The notes under the pieces: generated by a model
Seen by the model: only the letters and a program-made list of their open reading frames with translations
Databases searched by the model: none
Told to the model about the DNA's origin: nothing
Part shown: piece by piece, positions 24,228 to 39,616 of the stretch
Position numbering within the stretch: position 1 is the stretch's first letter
Layout: the number at the start of each line of letters is the position of its first letter
NCBI GenBank assembly: GCA_964016885.1
Contig: OZ024742.1
Location: 198,524,001 to 198,588,000 of the forward strand
Source of the DNA: Eledone cirrhosa
Taxonomy: Eukaryota
Direction: 5' to 3'
Length of the DNA: 64,000 bases
Made by a program: the position numbers and the translations under genes

Positions 24228-24700
24228 TTATATCAACTAGAAATTGACTGACATATATATATATCTAAAATAAACATATGAAACAATGACATTGTTGAGC
24301 TAACTCAGTTGAAATGACTTGACTGCTATTTCTAGTCACTGAGATGAAGCTGGTATGATGTGTGTATTTTTGATAAGTGCAACACGTGCTACTAGCCATT
24401 CGCAGATTTGGATTTGCTGTGTAAACACAGATAGTTAAGTCTTCTTCCTTGTTGAAAATCCGGGATTTGGCTACTCTGGTTTACCGAAAGATTGATGATG
24501 AAATATATTTCTTTAATGAAATATATACAAGGAAGATTAATCCATTTATAAGGTATCTATTTTTAAAGTTCTAGTTAAACTTTAATTAGTTACCTACATA
24601 GCTATGTGTGCTTACACACTTTTACAAATTATTCCCTGTGATTGTTTCATATGTTTATTTTAGATATATATATATGTCAATCAATTTCTAGTTGATATAT
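24228..24700. repeat. Fold-back element with ~60-bp inverted arms
   Basis: atatcaactagaaattgactgacatatatatatatctaaaataaacatatgaaacaat and its reverse complement at 24641-24698. Confidence 0.75.
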
Positions 24701-27244
24701 ATATATATATCCACATACATACAGTATATACACACGTGCAAGTTGTATATTTTTTTCATGAAAATAAAATTTTTTTAAAAACCCAGCATGGTACATATCT
24801 ACCAGTGTAACATTATAGGGAGGGTGATGGATTAAATATTATCCTTTATAAACACAAACTGTTCGAATTAGTAGCATGAAAATTCAAGGTGCCATAGAAA
24901 AAAAAAGCTATGTTAATATATTGTTACATAGCTTAGATTCACAAACATGTTGGTTTAGATATTTATTAGAACCTTGTTAAAATGATTTTTCTGTGAGCAA
25001 TGAATGCAAATTGGGCACATGCTCTTGAGTGTCTGGAAGAATAGGGTTTATTGGTTCAAAATGTAAGGCAGCAAAAACATCACTCCATTCAAATAAGAGA
25101 TCATTCAGTTTGCAAGTTTATATATATATATATGTACACACACATATACATGTGTATATATATACACACATGTGTATGTATAAATACATATATATACATA
25201 ATGTGTATGTGTATATGTGAGACAGAGAGAGAATTAGAAAAAAAAACAGGAAGACCACAAACCAAGAGAGTACACAATACATGCTAAAATACAGAGTAGA
25301 TATACATAAATAAGATTTTATCCCAATAGAGGGATCCCTCCATTCAGACTATCTCCCAAAGTCACAAGATATAGTGGGAATTATTGAAATATCAGCCTAG
25401 GTTCATAGATGGCGGGGGGGGGGGGGGGGGGGGGGCATTGAAAGTGATGGATGAAGTCAATATTTTTAACTGTATGCAATATATCATGGATATGGCTCTT
25501 TGAATATATAGCTTAGAATATTGCACTGTATCCCTTTGGGTTGTAAAAAGCAACTAAAAGGGTTGGCACCATGAAGGGCATTCAATCATTAAATAAATGC
25601 CTTAAAAGGGACCCCATGCTGAATATGAAGTCTATCATGGAGCCTATTAATCAACCCCCTCATTCAGCAGGGAAAATGACCATAAAACATTTGCATATTG
25701 TATATATCACACTATCTGCAAATATATTGATAATTTATTGACAGTAAATCAGCTCATTAAAATGACACTGAATCTGATTTCAGTTACACCATAAATTTTT
25801 CTGGTATTTAAAAAAAAAAATCCAGATATAATTAAATAATTTTGAAAAATAATAAAGATTTTGCAGTGATTTAGTAATATAACTAACTTTCTCATTATTT
25901 AGCAGGTGTTTGGAACATAACTTAAAGGTTCTTACATAGATTTATGAAGGAAAGTTTTTAGATTAATATGTACACTTTAAAATAAATAGCATAGTATAAC
26001 AGAAACAGGGGTGGTTTCAGGCAGTTTGTTATCAAAAGAGTAAAATGAATTTTCCCAAAGACCCCAAACTTTTGAAAAGTCTGTCTACTCGACTTAACAA
26101 GCTCACAAACACCCAGGGAACTGTGGACCACAGGTTGGTGACTGTTGCTCAAAATCCATAAGAATACTACCTTCTTCAATTTAATCAAGAACCTTACAAA
26201 TACTCTTACTTTAAATTAGTGATTCCCAACCTTTTCATTTAAACAAAATTTAAACAAAATTTCCCATGGACTCCAGATTTTGAAATGATATATCTATTCA
26301 GAAAGTTCACAGATTCCCAGTACTAAGTTTGTGGAGATCCAGGTGCATGTGGAACATAGGTTAGGAACCACTGCTCTAAATTCACAACAATACTACCCAA
26401 CCTTGTTCAATGGAATCAAGACATAAATTAACATCACTCTAAAATTGGAAAATTAGACAGATAGCTAGTACCACACCTATCAATGAGCACCAGTTGATAA
26501 CTAAACAATATATCAAATAGCTTGGTCACTTGATTAGAGAGCTTCCTTTGGTGATGACTGTCCATGGGTTATGTATTCATGACTGACAGCACCTGGGTTT
26601 GCCTTTCTGAAGCATAAACCTGGGTAGGGTATTTCGTAAAAGACCAGCAGTTACCCATGCATAGAAGTTTTCCCTCTCAACAACATTGATGTTATCTGAG
26701 AGAAAGGCAAAAGCTGATACAGCTCGGCACCAGTGTTGTCACAACTCATATATACACTATATATATATAAACTGTATCTACTATATATGATGCTGTCCAA
26801 GGGAAGGGCGAGGCTAATACAGCTTGGCACTAATATTGTTACAATTCATATATACGCTATATATGATATTGACTAAGGGAAAGTCAGGCTGAAACAGCTT
26901 GACTCCAGTGTACACAACTCATTTTTGCCAGCTGAGTGGACTGGAGAAACTTAGAATAAAGTGTCTTGCTCAAGGATTCACCATGCTGCCTGGTTCCACA
27001 ATAAAATTCATGACCTTACAATCATGAGCCGAGCTGCTTAACCACAAAGCCATGTGTCTGATTAGAACACTAATTAATCAGCCAGAAAGTCAGCCCTGCA
27101 AGTCTATAACACTAAGAGTTAGGCCTTTAAACTACATATATATATATACATATACAGGGTGTCCCAAGAAAATATCTACACACTTCAACAGCATTCTAAT
27201 AAATACTGCTTGTACTGGTAATCAAAGTGTATACATTTTTCTGA

Positions 27245-27384
<140 letters not shown>

Positions 27385-28258
27385 AATCCCGACAGTGGCA
27401 CTAAGTGGTAGGGATTATACCTATCTCTATACCCACTCTGCATCTCACTATGCATTGAGTACTACCATAATTTTTTATCACTTCGGTCCTAGCACCGCTG
27501 ACTCTCTTTCATTCACTATTTAGCCTTAAAATGAATATTCAAACTCTACTTCAGTATTGAGTACTCTTTTCTCTCAGCCATCAACTACATACAGATATAT
27601 ATGCGTATGTGTGTATATATATATGTATGTGTGTGTTTATTTACATGTGTGTGTGTGTGATTAGTGATCACATCTATGCAGATTTAGCTGGTTTCCAACA
27701 ACAATACATCTCATAGGAAGTTTTCTCAGCTCCAAGAATTATATAACAGTAAGTCCAACACCCTAACCTCTAGACCACATGCCTTCACCAAGTTATAAAT
27801 ATAAATTACTTCCAAAGTTAAAAACATGGAAAAACAAAAGTTGGATTAACCAAGTGTCTTCACAGTTTGAATGCATTCACAGATGCTTGATGGCTTCAAT
27901 TTCATATCTTTTACACATTCCAGCAAAAATAGTATTTTTTGGGGGTTAAATTAGGAATTAGTAAGTGAAGAGACAGAACAATGCATTCTTGAATAGAGAC
28001 AACCATATCAGTCAGTAATATAAATAAAAAGAAAAGTAGCAGAAAAGAAAAAGTATATGTGTATGTGTGTCTATATATGGACATATACATACACATGTAT
28101 ATATATATATATATATATTGGGAGAAAAACCACAAACCCTCCATCTCAATTCTACTTTTGAAAAGCACAAGAACTGCAAAACCACCGGTAAAGGAACCAA
28201 ATAAATGTATTTAAAAAAAAAAAGACTCCAGTTGCATTTTCGATTTCATCTTTGTTCC

Positions 28259-28327
<69 letters not shown>

Positions 28328-28988
28328 AACACCCCACTCTCCAGAGCGTGAAATTAATAAACATTCGTTGTACTGCCTCTCTGTTTTGTCCCTGTTCAAA
28401 TTTTTCCATTATATATATATATATATATAGATGTATACACACACATGTATACATACTTATATATAGAGAGATATAAACATATATATATATATATCAGGAT
28501 AGATTCAGTTTGAAACTAGTTGGACCATTACTTAACAGAGTACCTGATACTTGGGGTAAGAGTGTCGTTATATTATAAGAGTTCAGCTGTCAGGTCCCAA
28601 CTTATAATATATTCTCACAACACAAAATTGAACAGATCTTCTTCAACCCTTAATTTTTCATTTTTAAATTTTAATTTAAATATAATATTTAATAAGATGA
28701 ATTACATTGAAACCGATAATATTTAAAAAAATATATTTTATAAAAACCCCCTTTTTTTAAAAAAAATGTTTTTCTTTTTTCAATAATCAATCAGATTTAA
28801 AGAAGAAAAAAAGACTCTTTAAATATACTTTCATACTGTTTCCATTCTTACTTTTTTTCTGTAACCTTTGATTTGTATAGAACTTTACCCACTTTTCAAC
28901 TATATATATATATATCAGCAAGGGTGTCACATCCATGTATGTATATAGACATGTGTGTATATGTATATATATACATATATATATATAT

Positions 28989-29032
<44 letters not shown>

Positions 29033-29520
29033 GCACACTAGCATAATACCCACCAAAAATGAGATGGGGTTTATAGTAAAAAATATATAATTCCTTGTTT
29101 ACAACATTCTATGTAAAGATGCTTGAAGCCTTGATTTTCCTTTATCTTCCTCACTCTCCTGTCACTTCAGCCATTGACATATTTCATTTAATATTCACTT
29201 AGATCAGTTACAATAAGTTTTTTTCCATATTTTCTTTAATTATTATCAAACATATTTCAACTAAATTACAATGAATTTGTTCTATGTACCAATCTACCTT
29301 CTGGCTTATATTGGGGTGTGTGCCTTGGCCTTGATACTGTTCTTCTTTTCCCAATATAGAAATTTAATATTCATCAGTATATAACTATAGAGTGACAATC
29401 AGGCAGACAGAAAGATCGATAGATAGATAGAGAGGTAGGTAGATTGGCAGATATGTATGTAGATAGATGGATAGGCAGGTAGGTAGATAGTCAGGAAGAT
29501 AGATAGGTCGATAAATAGAG

Positions 29521-29554
<34 letters not shown>

Positions 29555-29703
29555 CATAAAACCAGTTATCTGGTGATTCTATAGACATGTTTTATGATAT
29601 ATAGCTCTGATTATTTAATTTATTAACTCTTCATTGAGCCACAAAGTGACCCGTTGCAAAACACGCACACACATATATATATATATATATGTGTAAACCT
29701 TTT

Positions 29704-29779
<76 letters not shown>

Positions 29780-30150
29780 AAAGAGAGAGTGAGTCTGCAG
29801 TGCTGAGACTGGGGAGACCACTAATCATAGGAGTATTCAATGCAATGGGAAATGCAGACTTGGTATAGAGATATGTAAAATTGGTTTTGGCCTGCTTGGC
29901 GCCACTAACAGAATTTTTCATATTTGTGTTATATATATATATATATATATATATATCGTTTCTGAATTTGTTTAGAAAGATTCTTTATCTGAAAACGTGT
30001 GTTGAAACCGATATTGTTATACTTTGGGAGGGTCATGTTGCCAATAAGAAACACACGCACCAGTTGCTTTCACTCCAATTTATTATAAATTAAATGTATA
30101 AATTTCCGGTTGGTTGGTTGGTTCCACAACCGGACGGATGTTCATATATT

Positions 30151-30193
30151 GCGAAAGTTCTTTCGTCACACATTCTGTGACCTCTTCAGTGAC
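30151..30193 (-). ncRNA. Minimal hammerhead ribozyme, left arm (stem I partly mismatched)
   Basis: gtca-CTGAAGA-gGTCACA gaatg TGTGAC-GAAA-gaac-TT-tcgc. Confidence 0.6.
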
Positions 30194-30302
30194 TGGGGAT
30201 TCTTCTCTTTGTTTTGTGCCTCTCATATGTCCTGTCCTACGCCAAACAAGATGGCGTAGGACAGGACAAATGAGAGGCACAAAACAAAGAGAAGAATCCC
30301 CA

Positions 30303-30345
30303 GTCACTGAAGAGGTCACAGAATGTGTGACGAAAGAACTTTGAC
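30303..30345 (+). ncRNA. Minimal hammerhead ribozyme, right arm
   Basis: GTCA-CTGAAGA-gGTCACA gaatg TGTGAC-GAAA-gaac-TT-TGAC: all core nucleotides present with stems I and II. Confidence 0.75.
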
Positions 30346-30497
30346 AATATATGAACATCCGTCTGGTTGTGGAACCAGCCAAACAACCAACCGGAAATTT
30401 ATAAATTCTTAAATTTATAAATTTAATTTATAATAAATTGGGGTGAAAGCAACTGGTGCGTGTGTTTCTTATTGGCAACATGACCCTCCCAAAGTAT

Positions 30498-30618
<121 letters not shown>

Positions 30619-31156
30619 TATATACATACATATATATATACATACATATATATATACATATATATATATACACATATATATATACATATATATATATATA
30701 TACATATATACATATATAAATATATATGTATACATAAATATATATATATATACATAAATATATATATATACATAAATATATATATATACATAAATATATA
30801 TATATACATAAATATATATATATATATACATAAATATATATATACACATAAATATATATATATATATACATAAATATATATATACACATAAATATATACA
30901 TACATACATATATATCCATAAATATATATATACATACATAAATATATATATACATACATATATATATACATATACATACATAAATATATATATACATACA
31001 TAAATATATATATACATACATATATATATATATATACATATACATACATACATATACATACATAAATATATATATACATACATATACATACATATACATA
31101 CATAAATATATATATACATACATATACATACATAAATATATATATACATACATATA

Positions 31157-34100
31157 TCATCATCATCATCATCATCACCGTTTTACGTCCGTTCTTCCAC
31201 GCTAGCATGGGTTAGACGGGTTGTCCTGTTGTGGGCAGTGTCTGGTCGGCTGACCATGCCTTGCTCATACAGGAACTGATCTGGCTTGATTTCTACAGCT
31301 GGATGCCCTTCCTAACACCAACCTCATTTACAGTGAGTGCTGGGTGCTTTTTCGTGGCGCCTACACGCCCACTTTACAGTGTGGGCTGGGTGCTTTTTTG
31401 CCGTGGCACCTCCACGGCCACCTTGCGGTGGGGGGGGTGTGGGGGCATATTGTTTATATGCTTCAGCATGTACCCATGGGAGGTCGGGTACCCTGTATTA
31501 CTGCGTGACGCCAGAAGTCACGGTCGTGTGTCATTGACTTTGAGAGGTGTAGTTTGGTAAGGTCGGCTTTTATCACCTCATCCCAAGTCATCTTGGGTCT
31601 CCCCACTCCGCGGTTTCCATCAACTTCTAGTGCTCTGCACCTTTTTATGCAGCTGTCATCCTTCATACGCATCACATGTCCATACCAGCGTAACCGCCTC
31701 TCCTGCACGCAGCATTTGATTCCTCTTATGCTCAGTCTCTCTCTCAATTCCTTTATGCTTTGTCGTTCACGTATATTACTGTTACACATCCATCGGAGCA
31801 TGCAGGCTTCGTTTCTCTCTAATCTACGTAAGTCTTCCACCTTCAGCGCCCAGGTCTCACTACCATGCAACATCGCTGTTCGGATACACGCATCATACAG
31901 TCTGCCTTTCATTCTGAGGGAGAAGCCTTTTGCAGCTAGCAGTGGTAGTAGTTCCCTAAACTTCTTCCATCCCGTTCTTACCCTAGTTATTGTACTTTCT
32001 GAGCACCCACCTCCGTTGCTAATTCGGTCACCTAGGTAGCAGAAGCTGTCTACTGTTTCTACAGGGCCCTCCCAGAGATTGGTGGTACTTGTTTCCTGTG
32101 GCTGTTTGCTTGCTGTTTCAGCACAGCTGCTGCATGTGAATCCTACATTCTTAATTAAGCTTCCTGAGATCCCGCTACATCTCTTGTGTACCCATTGTTT
32201 GCATTTGGGGCAGAGAATGGAGTTCCTACCTACACCTTTCCTACATACTGAGCAAGGCCATTTCCCTGAGGGGATCTGGGTTCTGTTTTCTCGTCTACTT
32301 ACAAGGACCTTAGTCTTTGTCATGTTGACTTTGAGGCCCTTTCTCTCTAGTCCCTGCTTCCAGGTTTGGAATTTATTCTCTAGTTCTACCATAGATTCAG
32401 CTATGAGTGCGAGGTCATCAGCATACAGGAGTTCCCATGGGCATCCGGTCTTAAACTCCTCCGTTATTGCCTGCAGGACTATGATGAACAGGAGAGGGCT
32501 AAGAACAGAGCCCTGGTGGACCCCAACCTGTACGCTAAATTCCTCGCTATACTCATTGCCAATCCTAACTTTGCTGACTGCTCCCCTATACATGGCTTGT
32601 ACCGCTTTCACAAGCCATTCATCTACTCCTAGTTTTCTAAGAGCCCACCAGATTACTGCACGTGGAACTCTGTCAAAGGCTTTCTCAAGGTCGACAAATG
32701 CCAAGTAGAGTGGCTTACTTTTAGCTAGGTACTTTTCCTGTAATTGCCTCACAAGGAAGAGGGCATCAGTGGTGCCTTTCCCTGGTACAAACCCAAATTG
32801 CATCTCGTCTATATTCACCCGGTCCCTAATCAGCTGTGCTATAACTCTTTCTGTTACTTTCATGACTTGGTCCATCAACTTTATACCTCTATAGTTTCCT
32901 CTATCTAGAGCATCGCCTTTACCTTTGTAGCAGTTGACAATGATGCTACTGCACCAATCTTTTGGTATGGCCCCCTCTAGTATTACCTGGTTAACGATAC
33001 GTGTGGTTATAGTGTGACCTACAGACCCAGATGCCTTCAGCATCTCGGCAGCTATACCCGATGGACCGGTTGCCTTCCCTATCTTCATATCTCTGATTGC
33101 CTTACTTACTACGCTGCCGCTGACTTGTACTGCTGGTCCCTCTATAGGGTCTACGTGGGGTAGGGTCTCTTCTTCCCATGCATTCTCCTCATTTAGTAAT
33201 CTATCATAATGACTCTTCCATGCATCTTTCTTCTCAGCACTTGTGAGGGCAAGCTCACCTTTATCATTCCGGATACACTTCTCTCCAATGACATCACAAC
33301 TATCTCTGACACACTGCCTCGCAATCTTGAATACCTCCTGTTTCTGGTCCTCACGTTGTAAAACATGCTTGAATTTTCTATCCTCTGCTTCCCTCCTAGC
33401 TAAGTATACTTGTCGCCTAGCTTCCCTCTTGGTCTCTATGTAATGTACCCTGCTCCCCCCGTTCTTCCATTCTTTCCATGCCTGTCTCTTGGCCTTGACT
33501 GCTTCATCTACCTTATTGTTCCACCACCAAGTCACTCTCCTCCTGCTTGAGGTCTTACTCCAGCCACAAACCTCATCCGTCGCCTCTAGTAAGTTATTTT
33601 TTTAGGAACTCCCAGTTCTCTTCTACGTTAAATGTCTCTATCTGTTCTTCTTTACTGTCGTAGGCGTTGAGTAAAATATCTTTAAATCTGTTACTGGTTG
33701 AGGGGACTTTCAGCTTCCAGATCTTTCTTCTCCAGGTTGGCCTCTGTTTCAGGGCTCGTCTAGTTCTGACCGTGAGGTCGCTGACAACTAAGCTATGTTG
33801 GGATGTACATTCCTCACTAGGGAAGGCTTTTGTGTTTACGACCGTCCATCTGTCACGTCCTCTGATGAGGATAAAATCTAACTGACTAGAGTGCTCCCCT
33901 GATCTATAGGTGATCAGGTGGTTGTCGGGTTTTTTAAAGTTTGTGTTACATATCGACATGTCATTGGCGTCGCAGAATTCTAGAAGTCTGAATCCTTCCT
34001 CATTCCTTGTGCCAACTCCATGGCCTCCATGTACTCTATTGAAGCCGTCGCAGTGTTTACCTACGTGTCCGTTAAAATCTCCTGCAATGATTAGGAAGTC

Positions 34101-34543
34101 CTTGTCGTCTGTTAGAGCAGTAGTGTGTATTAGGGACTCGTAAAACCTATCCTTAAGTTCGTCTGGCAGCCCCGATTGGGGTGCGTAAGCTGATATTATT
34201 GTGGTAATTGTCTTATTCAGGACTAGTCTGAGTTTAATGATTCTTGCATTTACCCTGTACACTGAGATTACTTTATCTACCCACTTGTCAGCTAATAGTA
34301 TACCTACACCACCCATCCCATCGTCATTTCCCACCCAGAAAAATTTGTAGCACTGGCTTTTTCCTACAAGGACTCTAGCAGACCCTCCTCTCCATCTAGC
34401 CTCTTGCACACAGCATACATCAACTTCCTTTCGCTCTAGCATTTCTACGATTTCTCCTGCTCTTCCTTTCATTGAGCCTACATTGATGGTACCAACTCGG
34501 AGTTTTGGGCATTTGTCGACACTCGTAGGGGAGGGTCTCTGGG
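31157..34543 (-). mobile_element. RTE LINE subfamily A, near full length (APE endonuclease + RT), single +1 frameshift in an A7 run at ~33600
   Basis: [26 protein letters not shown] endonuclease motifs; FVDLEKAFD, GVHQGSVLSP, YADD RT motifs; (GAT)n tail. The 61.5-kb copy has A6 at the same site. Confidence 0.95.
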
Positions 34544-35531
34544 TATATATATGGGTATATATATATATATATACATACATATATACATATACATACATAT
34601 ATACATAGATACATAGATATACATATATACATACATATATACATATACATACATATATACATAGATACATAGATATACATATATACATACATATATATAT
34701 ACATACATATATATATACATATATATATATACATGTATATACATATATATATATGTATATACATATATATATACATATATATATATACATATGTATATAT
34801 ACATATGTATATACATATATATATATACATATGTATATACATATATATATATATACATATGTATATACATATATATACATATGTATATACATATATATAT
34901 GTATATACATATGTATATACATATATATATATATGTATATACATATATATATACATATATATATATACATATGTATATACATATATATATACATATATAT
35001 ATATATACATATGTATATACATATATATATATATATATATCTATATACATATGTATATACATATATACATACATATGTATATATACATATGTATATACAT
35101 ATATATATATACATATATATATATACATATATATATATATACATACATATATATATACATATATATATATGTATATACATATACATATATATACATACAT
35201 ATATATATACATATATATATATGTATATACATATACATATATATATATACATATATATATATGTATATACATATACATATATATATATACATATGTATAT
35301 ACATATATATATATACATATGTTTATACATACATATATATACATATGTATATACATATATATATATGTATATACATATATATATGTATATACATATATAT
35401 ATGTATATACATATATATATGTATATACATATATATGTATATATATATATATGTATATACATATGTATATACATATATATATATGTATATAGATATATAT
35501 ATATGTATATATATACATATATATGTATATG

Positions 35532-35562
<31 letters not shown>

Positions 35563-35635
35563 GTATATGTATATATGTATATGTATATATATATATATGT
35601 ATATATATATATGTATATGTATATATATATATATG

Positions 35636-35884
<249 letters not shown>

Positions 35885-36651
35885 ATAGATAAACATTTAG
35901 ATAGACAGTGAGGTAAATAGATAGATACATAGGTATTAGCTGCAGCTAGGCTCTGACCATCTTCTCAACACAGAGAAGGTGAGATAGGGAGGAAAATATT
36001 AAATTACAATTTTCCAAACAAATCTAGTACAAAGTGGTTGTCACATGATAGTTATGTTTTATTATAAAGATACATATCTATGTGTATATATATATATATG
36101 TGTGTGTGTATATATATATATACATCTATATATCTATGTATATATATATGCACATGTGAGTATATAGTAACTGCAATTGTTTCCTTGGTCTGATCTGACG
36201 AGTTCCACCTCATCTGGTAAGCGAATGAGGTCTGGGATCTTGTCGATTTGGATCAGATATATGCATGTATATACACGCATATAATTTCTGAGCAGGTTGT
36301 TCTATTGCTCAAATCCAATGTATCACTCTTCGTTAGAACCAATGGAGGTCCAACATATGGGTGTGTGTGTGTATATATATAATGAGCGCCCAGTCCACAG
36401 TGTAAAGTGGTCTTATCGGTGACATGACAAACAGTGCCCAGTACACACTGTAAAGTGGTCGTGAAAGTGTCAATACAAAAAGCACTATAAATGTGGTTGG
36501 CGTAAGGAAGGGCATCCAGCCGTAGAAACCAAGCCAAAATCAGTTCTGTATGAGCAAATCACGGTCATCCGACCTGGCTTATCTCACAACAGGCCATCTC
36601 ACCACACCCATAGAAAATGGACATTAAACGGTGATGATGATGATTATATAT

Positions 36652-36693
<42 letters not shown>

Positions 36694-37372
36694 TTATATA
36701 TATATATATATACATTCATAGGTATTAGAGGTGCAAATTAATTGCGTCCAATTGCGGTTTGCTAAGATGAGCTCTTGATGGTGTTGGGGAGCAGAGTATC
36801 AATAATAATAATGAGAGTGAAAGAGAGAGATATTTATATACATACACATATGTAAACCAATATGTATATGTGTGTATGTGTGTGTGTGTATGAATATATA
36901 TATATATATATATATATTATGGTTAAAAATACTTTGAAGATCAAATAACAGTCTAAAAGAGAGAGCTTTTGAAAAAGCATGCTTTGGAAAGATGTTGAAA
37001 TTCTCGGTAAAAATATGATGTAGAGGGTAAAATGGTTATAGATATCTCCATGGAATAGTTTCTATATAATATTTGGAATATTTTTCAAGCAAGCACAGCA
37101 AATTATTGGGGCTTTGAAGTTACCTGTAGTTCACCTGAAAGAAAATGCTTACCAAATATTTTGAATGATGTTAAAAAAAAAAAGAAGTTTGTTATTGGTA
37201 AAATAAAACAGGGATTCATAGTTTTTGTTTTGTTCATTTTTGTTTAAATTCCAGAGAGAGGAAGCTTTGCGTAGCCAAGAAAACAAGGGAGATTTTAGGT
37301 TTGGGAAAGTAGAAAGAAGACAAACAGGGAATGTCAAAAATGGCGTGCATCGTATAAAAGCCTGAACTTTAC

Positions 37373-37459
37373 CGATTTGAGGAAAGAAACATTACGCTTT
37401 CTTTTAAAGCTGATATTTCTTAGTCCATGAGGCACCCTTCTAGGATGCGGTGATGAGAC
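37373..37459 (-). CDS. CLCN2: Probable ClC-2-like linker exon (VSSPHPRRVPHGLRNISFKRKRNVSFLKS)
   Basis: 87 nt open frame, phase 0-0, ttcctctAG / TCG-GTaaag, in non-repetitive sequence. No conserved motif, so membership of the gene is inferred. Confidence 0.6.
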
Positions 37460-37636
37460 CTAGAGGAACCAAGATATAGATAGATGTGCACTTTCTAAAT
37501 ATAGTTAACTTAGCAACAGCAAGCTATAAAAAGCAGGTGGCAACAATGTGAAACAATAATTATCATTTTAAGCTAAATGTGTAACATACACATATATACA
37601 TATAAATATGCATGTATCTATATATGTATATATACG

Positions 37637-37709
<73 letters not shown>

Positions 37710-37788
37710 GTATATATATATACGTATATATATATATATATATATACGTATATATATATATATATATACGTATGTATATATACATATG

Positions 37789-37845
<57 letters not shown>

Positions 37846-37959
37846 GTATATATATGTACATATGTATAGTATAACCCTTGCTAGCGTGGAAATAGACGTT
37901 AAACGATGATGATGATATATACGTATGTATATATATATATATATATATATGTGTATATA

Positions 37960-38903
37960 TAGGAACAAGTAAGACCCCGACGGCTGAGCTCAAGCTGTTT
38001 CAACAGCTAATTCTGGACTGAATGAAAATTTATTCTGGTATTTAAATAGCCGAGCTTATCAAGGGGTAATTCCATATATGGTCAAAGAGATAATCACCAG
38101 GATTGATCACATCACAAGTTAGTAGTAAATCTGTGATGGCAAATTGATGGGGAAAGGGGTAGCTAAACCTGCCGGTAGGAGAAAAAGGGAGAAGGGTGGA
38201 GTAGACCCATTCATGCGTTGGTAGTGCCGGCTACAGCTGGGTGTGAGGTCAAAGAGGATACTGGGGAGGGGGAGGAAGTCGAAACGGTAAGTAGAACAAT
38301 GAAGGGTAAAACTATAAAAAGTACTGAGAGAGAAAAAAAAAAGCAAAGTCTGGTTACTAAGACTTAAGTCTCTCGCTATTACTAGGCTAAAGAAATACAT
38401 AAATAAATAAATAAACAAATAAGTGAATAAAAGAATGGATAAATAAATTTAAAAAAAAAAAAAAAATATATATATATATAATGAAGAATAAAAAAATAAA
38501 TAATAATAATAAAAATAAACTAGGTGGGACGGAAATAAAGGGACCCTTATACGAGGTATAAGTGCGTGTATCGTACGGTGACGGGTCAACAAAGGGGGGG
38601 CCAAAATACTAAAGAGACTGCCATGAAATAATAAAAGTTTCTACCCCAATCACAGGGCCAGCAACCACCTAGTGCAAGAAAGTAAACTAGTACGAGAATA
38701 TAATTCAGGATCCCGCAAAAAAATACTAGTGCTAACGCTAAGGGTACCGCCACGAAACAAAAAGTCTTATACAAGCTACATGAAAGATCAACTTTGTTGA
38801 CCCGTCACCGTACGATACACGCACTTATACCTCGTATAAGGGTCCCTTTATTTCCGTCCCACCTAGTTTATTTTTATTATTATTATTTATTTTTTTATTC
38901 TTC

Positions 38904-38940
<37 letters not shown>

Positions 38941-39430
38941 TTTATTTATCTATTCTTTTATTCACTTATTTGTTTATTTATTTATGTATTTCTTTAGCCT
39001 AGTAATAGCGAGAGACTTAAGTCTTAGTAACCAGACTTTGCTTATTTTTTTTTTTTTTCTCTCAGTACTTTTTATAGTTTTACCCTTCATTGTTCTACTT
39101 ACCGTTTCGACTTCCTCCCCCTCCCCAGTATCTTCTTTGACCTCACGCCCAGCTGTAGCCGGCACTACCAACGCATGAATGGGTCTACTCCACCCCCTCT
39201 CCCTTTTTCTCCTACCGGCAGGTTTAGCTACCCCTTCCCCCATCAATTTGCCATCACAGATTTACTACTAACTTGTGATGTGACCAATCCTGGTGATTAT
39301 CTCTTTGACCATATATGGAATTACCCCTTGATAAGCTTGGCTATTTAAATACCAGAATAAATTTTCATTCAGTCCAGAATTAGCCGTCGAAACGGCTTGA
39401 GCTCAGCCGTCGGGGTCTTACTTGTTCCTA
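37960..39430. mobile_element. Large fold-back element: ~630-bp near-identical inverted arms around a ~200-bp spacer
   Basis: Arms 37960-38593 and 38791-39430. A related sequence occurs in rearranged form at 49360-49513. Confidence 0.85.
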
Positions 39431-39580
39431 TTACCCACTCTACTACCCTAAGTATTGAGTACTTTGGTGTGTTATGGTCCACCTGGTTCCTTACCACATT
39501 TCCTTCGTTATGTGTATATATATATATATCATCATCCTCGATTAACGTCCATCTTGCACGCTAGCATGGGTTAGAGGGGA

Positions 39581-39616
<36 letters not shown>

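Noticed and set aside
28138-28173. 36-nt symmetric micro-exon candidate (FLCFSKVELRWR)
   Set aside because: Too short to distinguish from chance and lies in repeat-like sequence between TA tracts.
31554-33885. Antisense ORFs over the RTE copies (also 52955-53455, 56996-57811, 62460-63578)
   Set aside because: Shadow ORFs of the LINE coding strand.
37124-37134. 11-nt micro-exon between tttcAG and GTaact
   Set aside because: Frame-shifting and has no other support.
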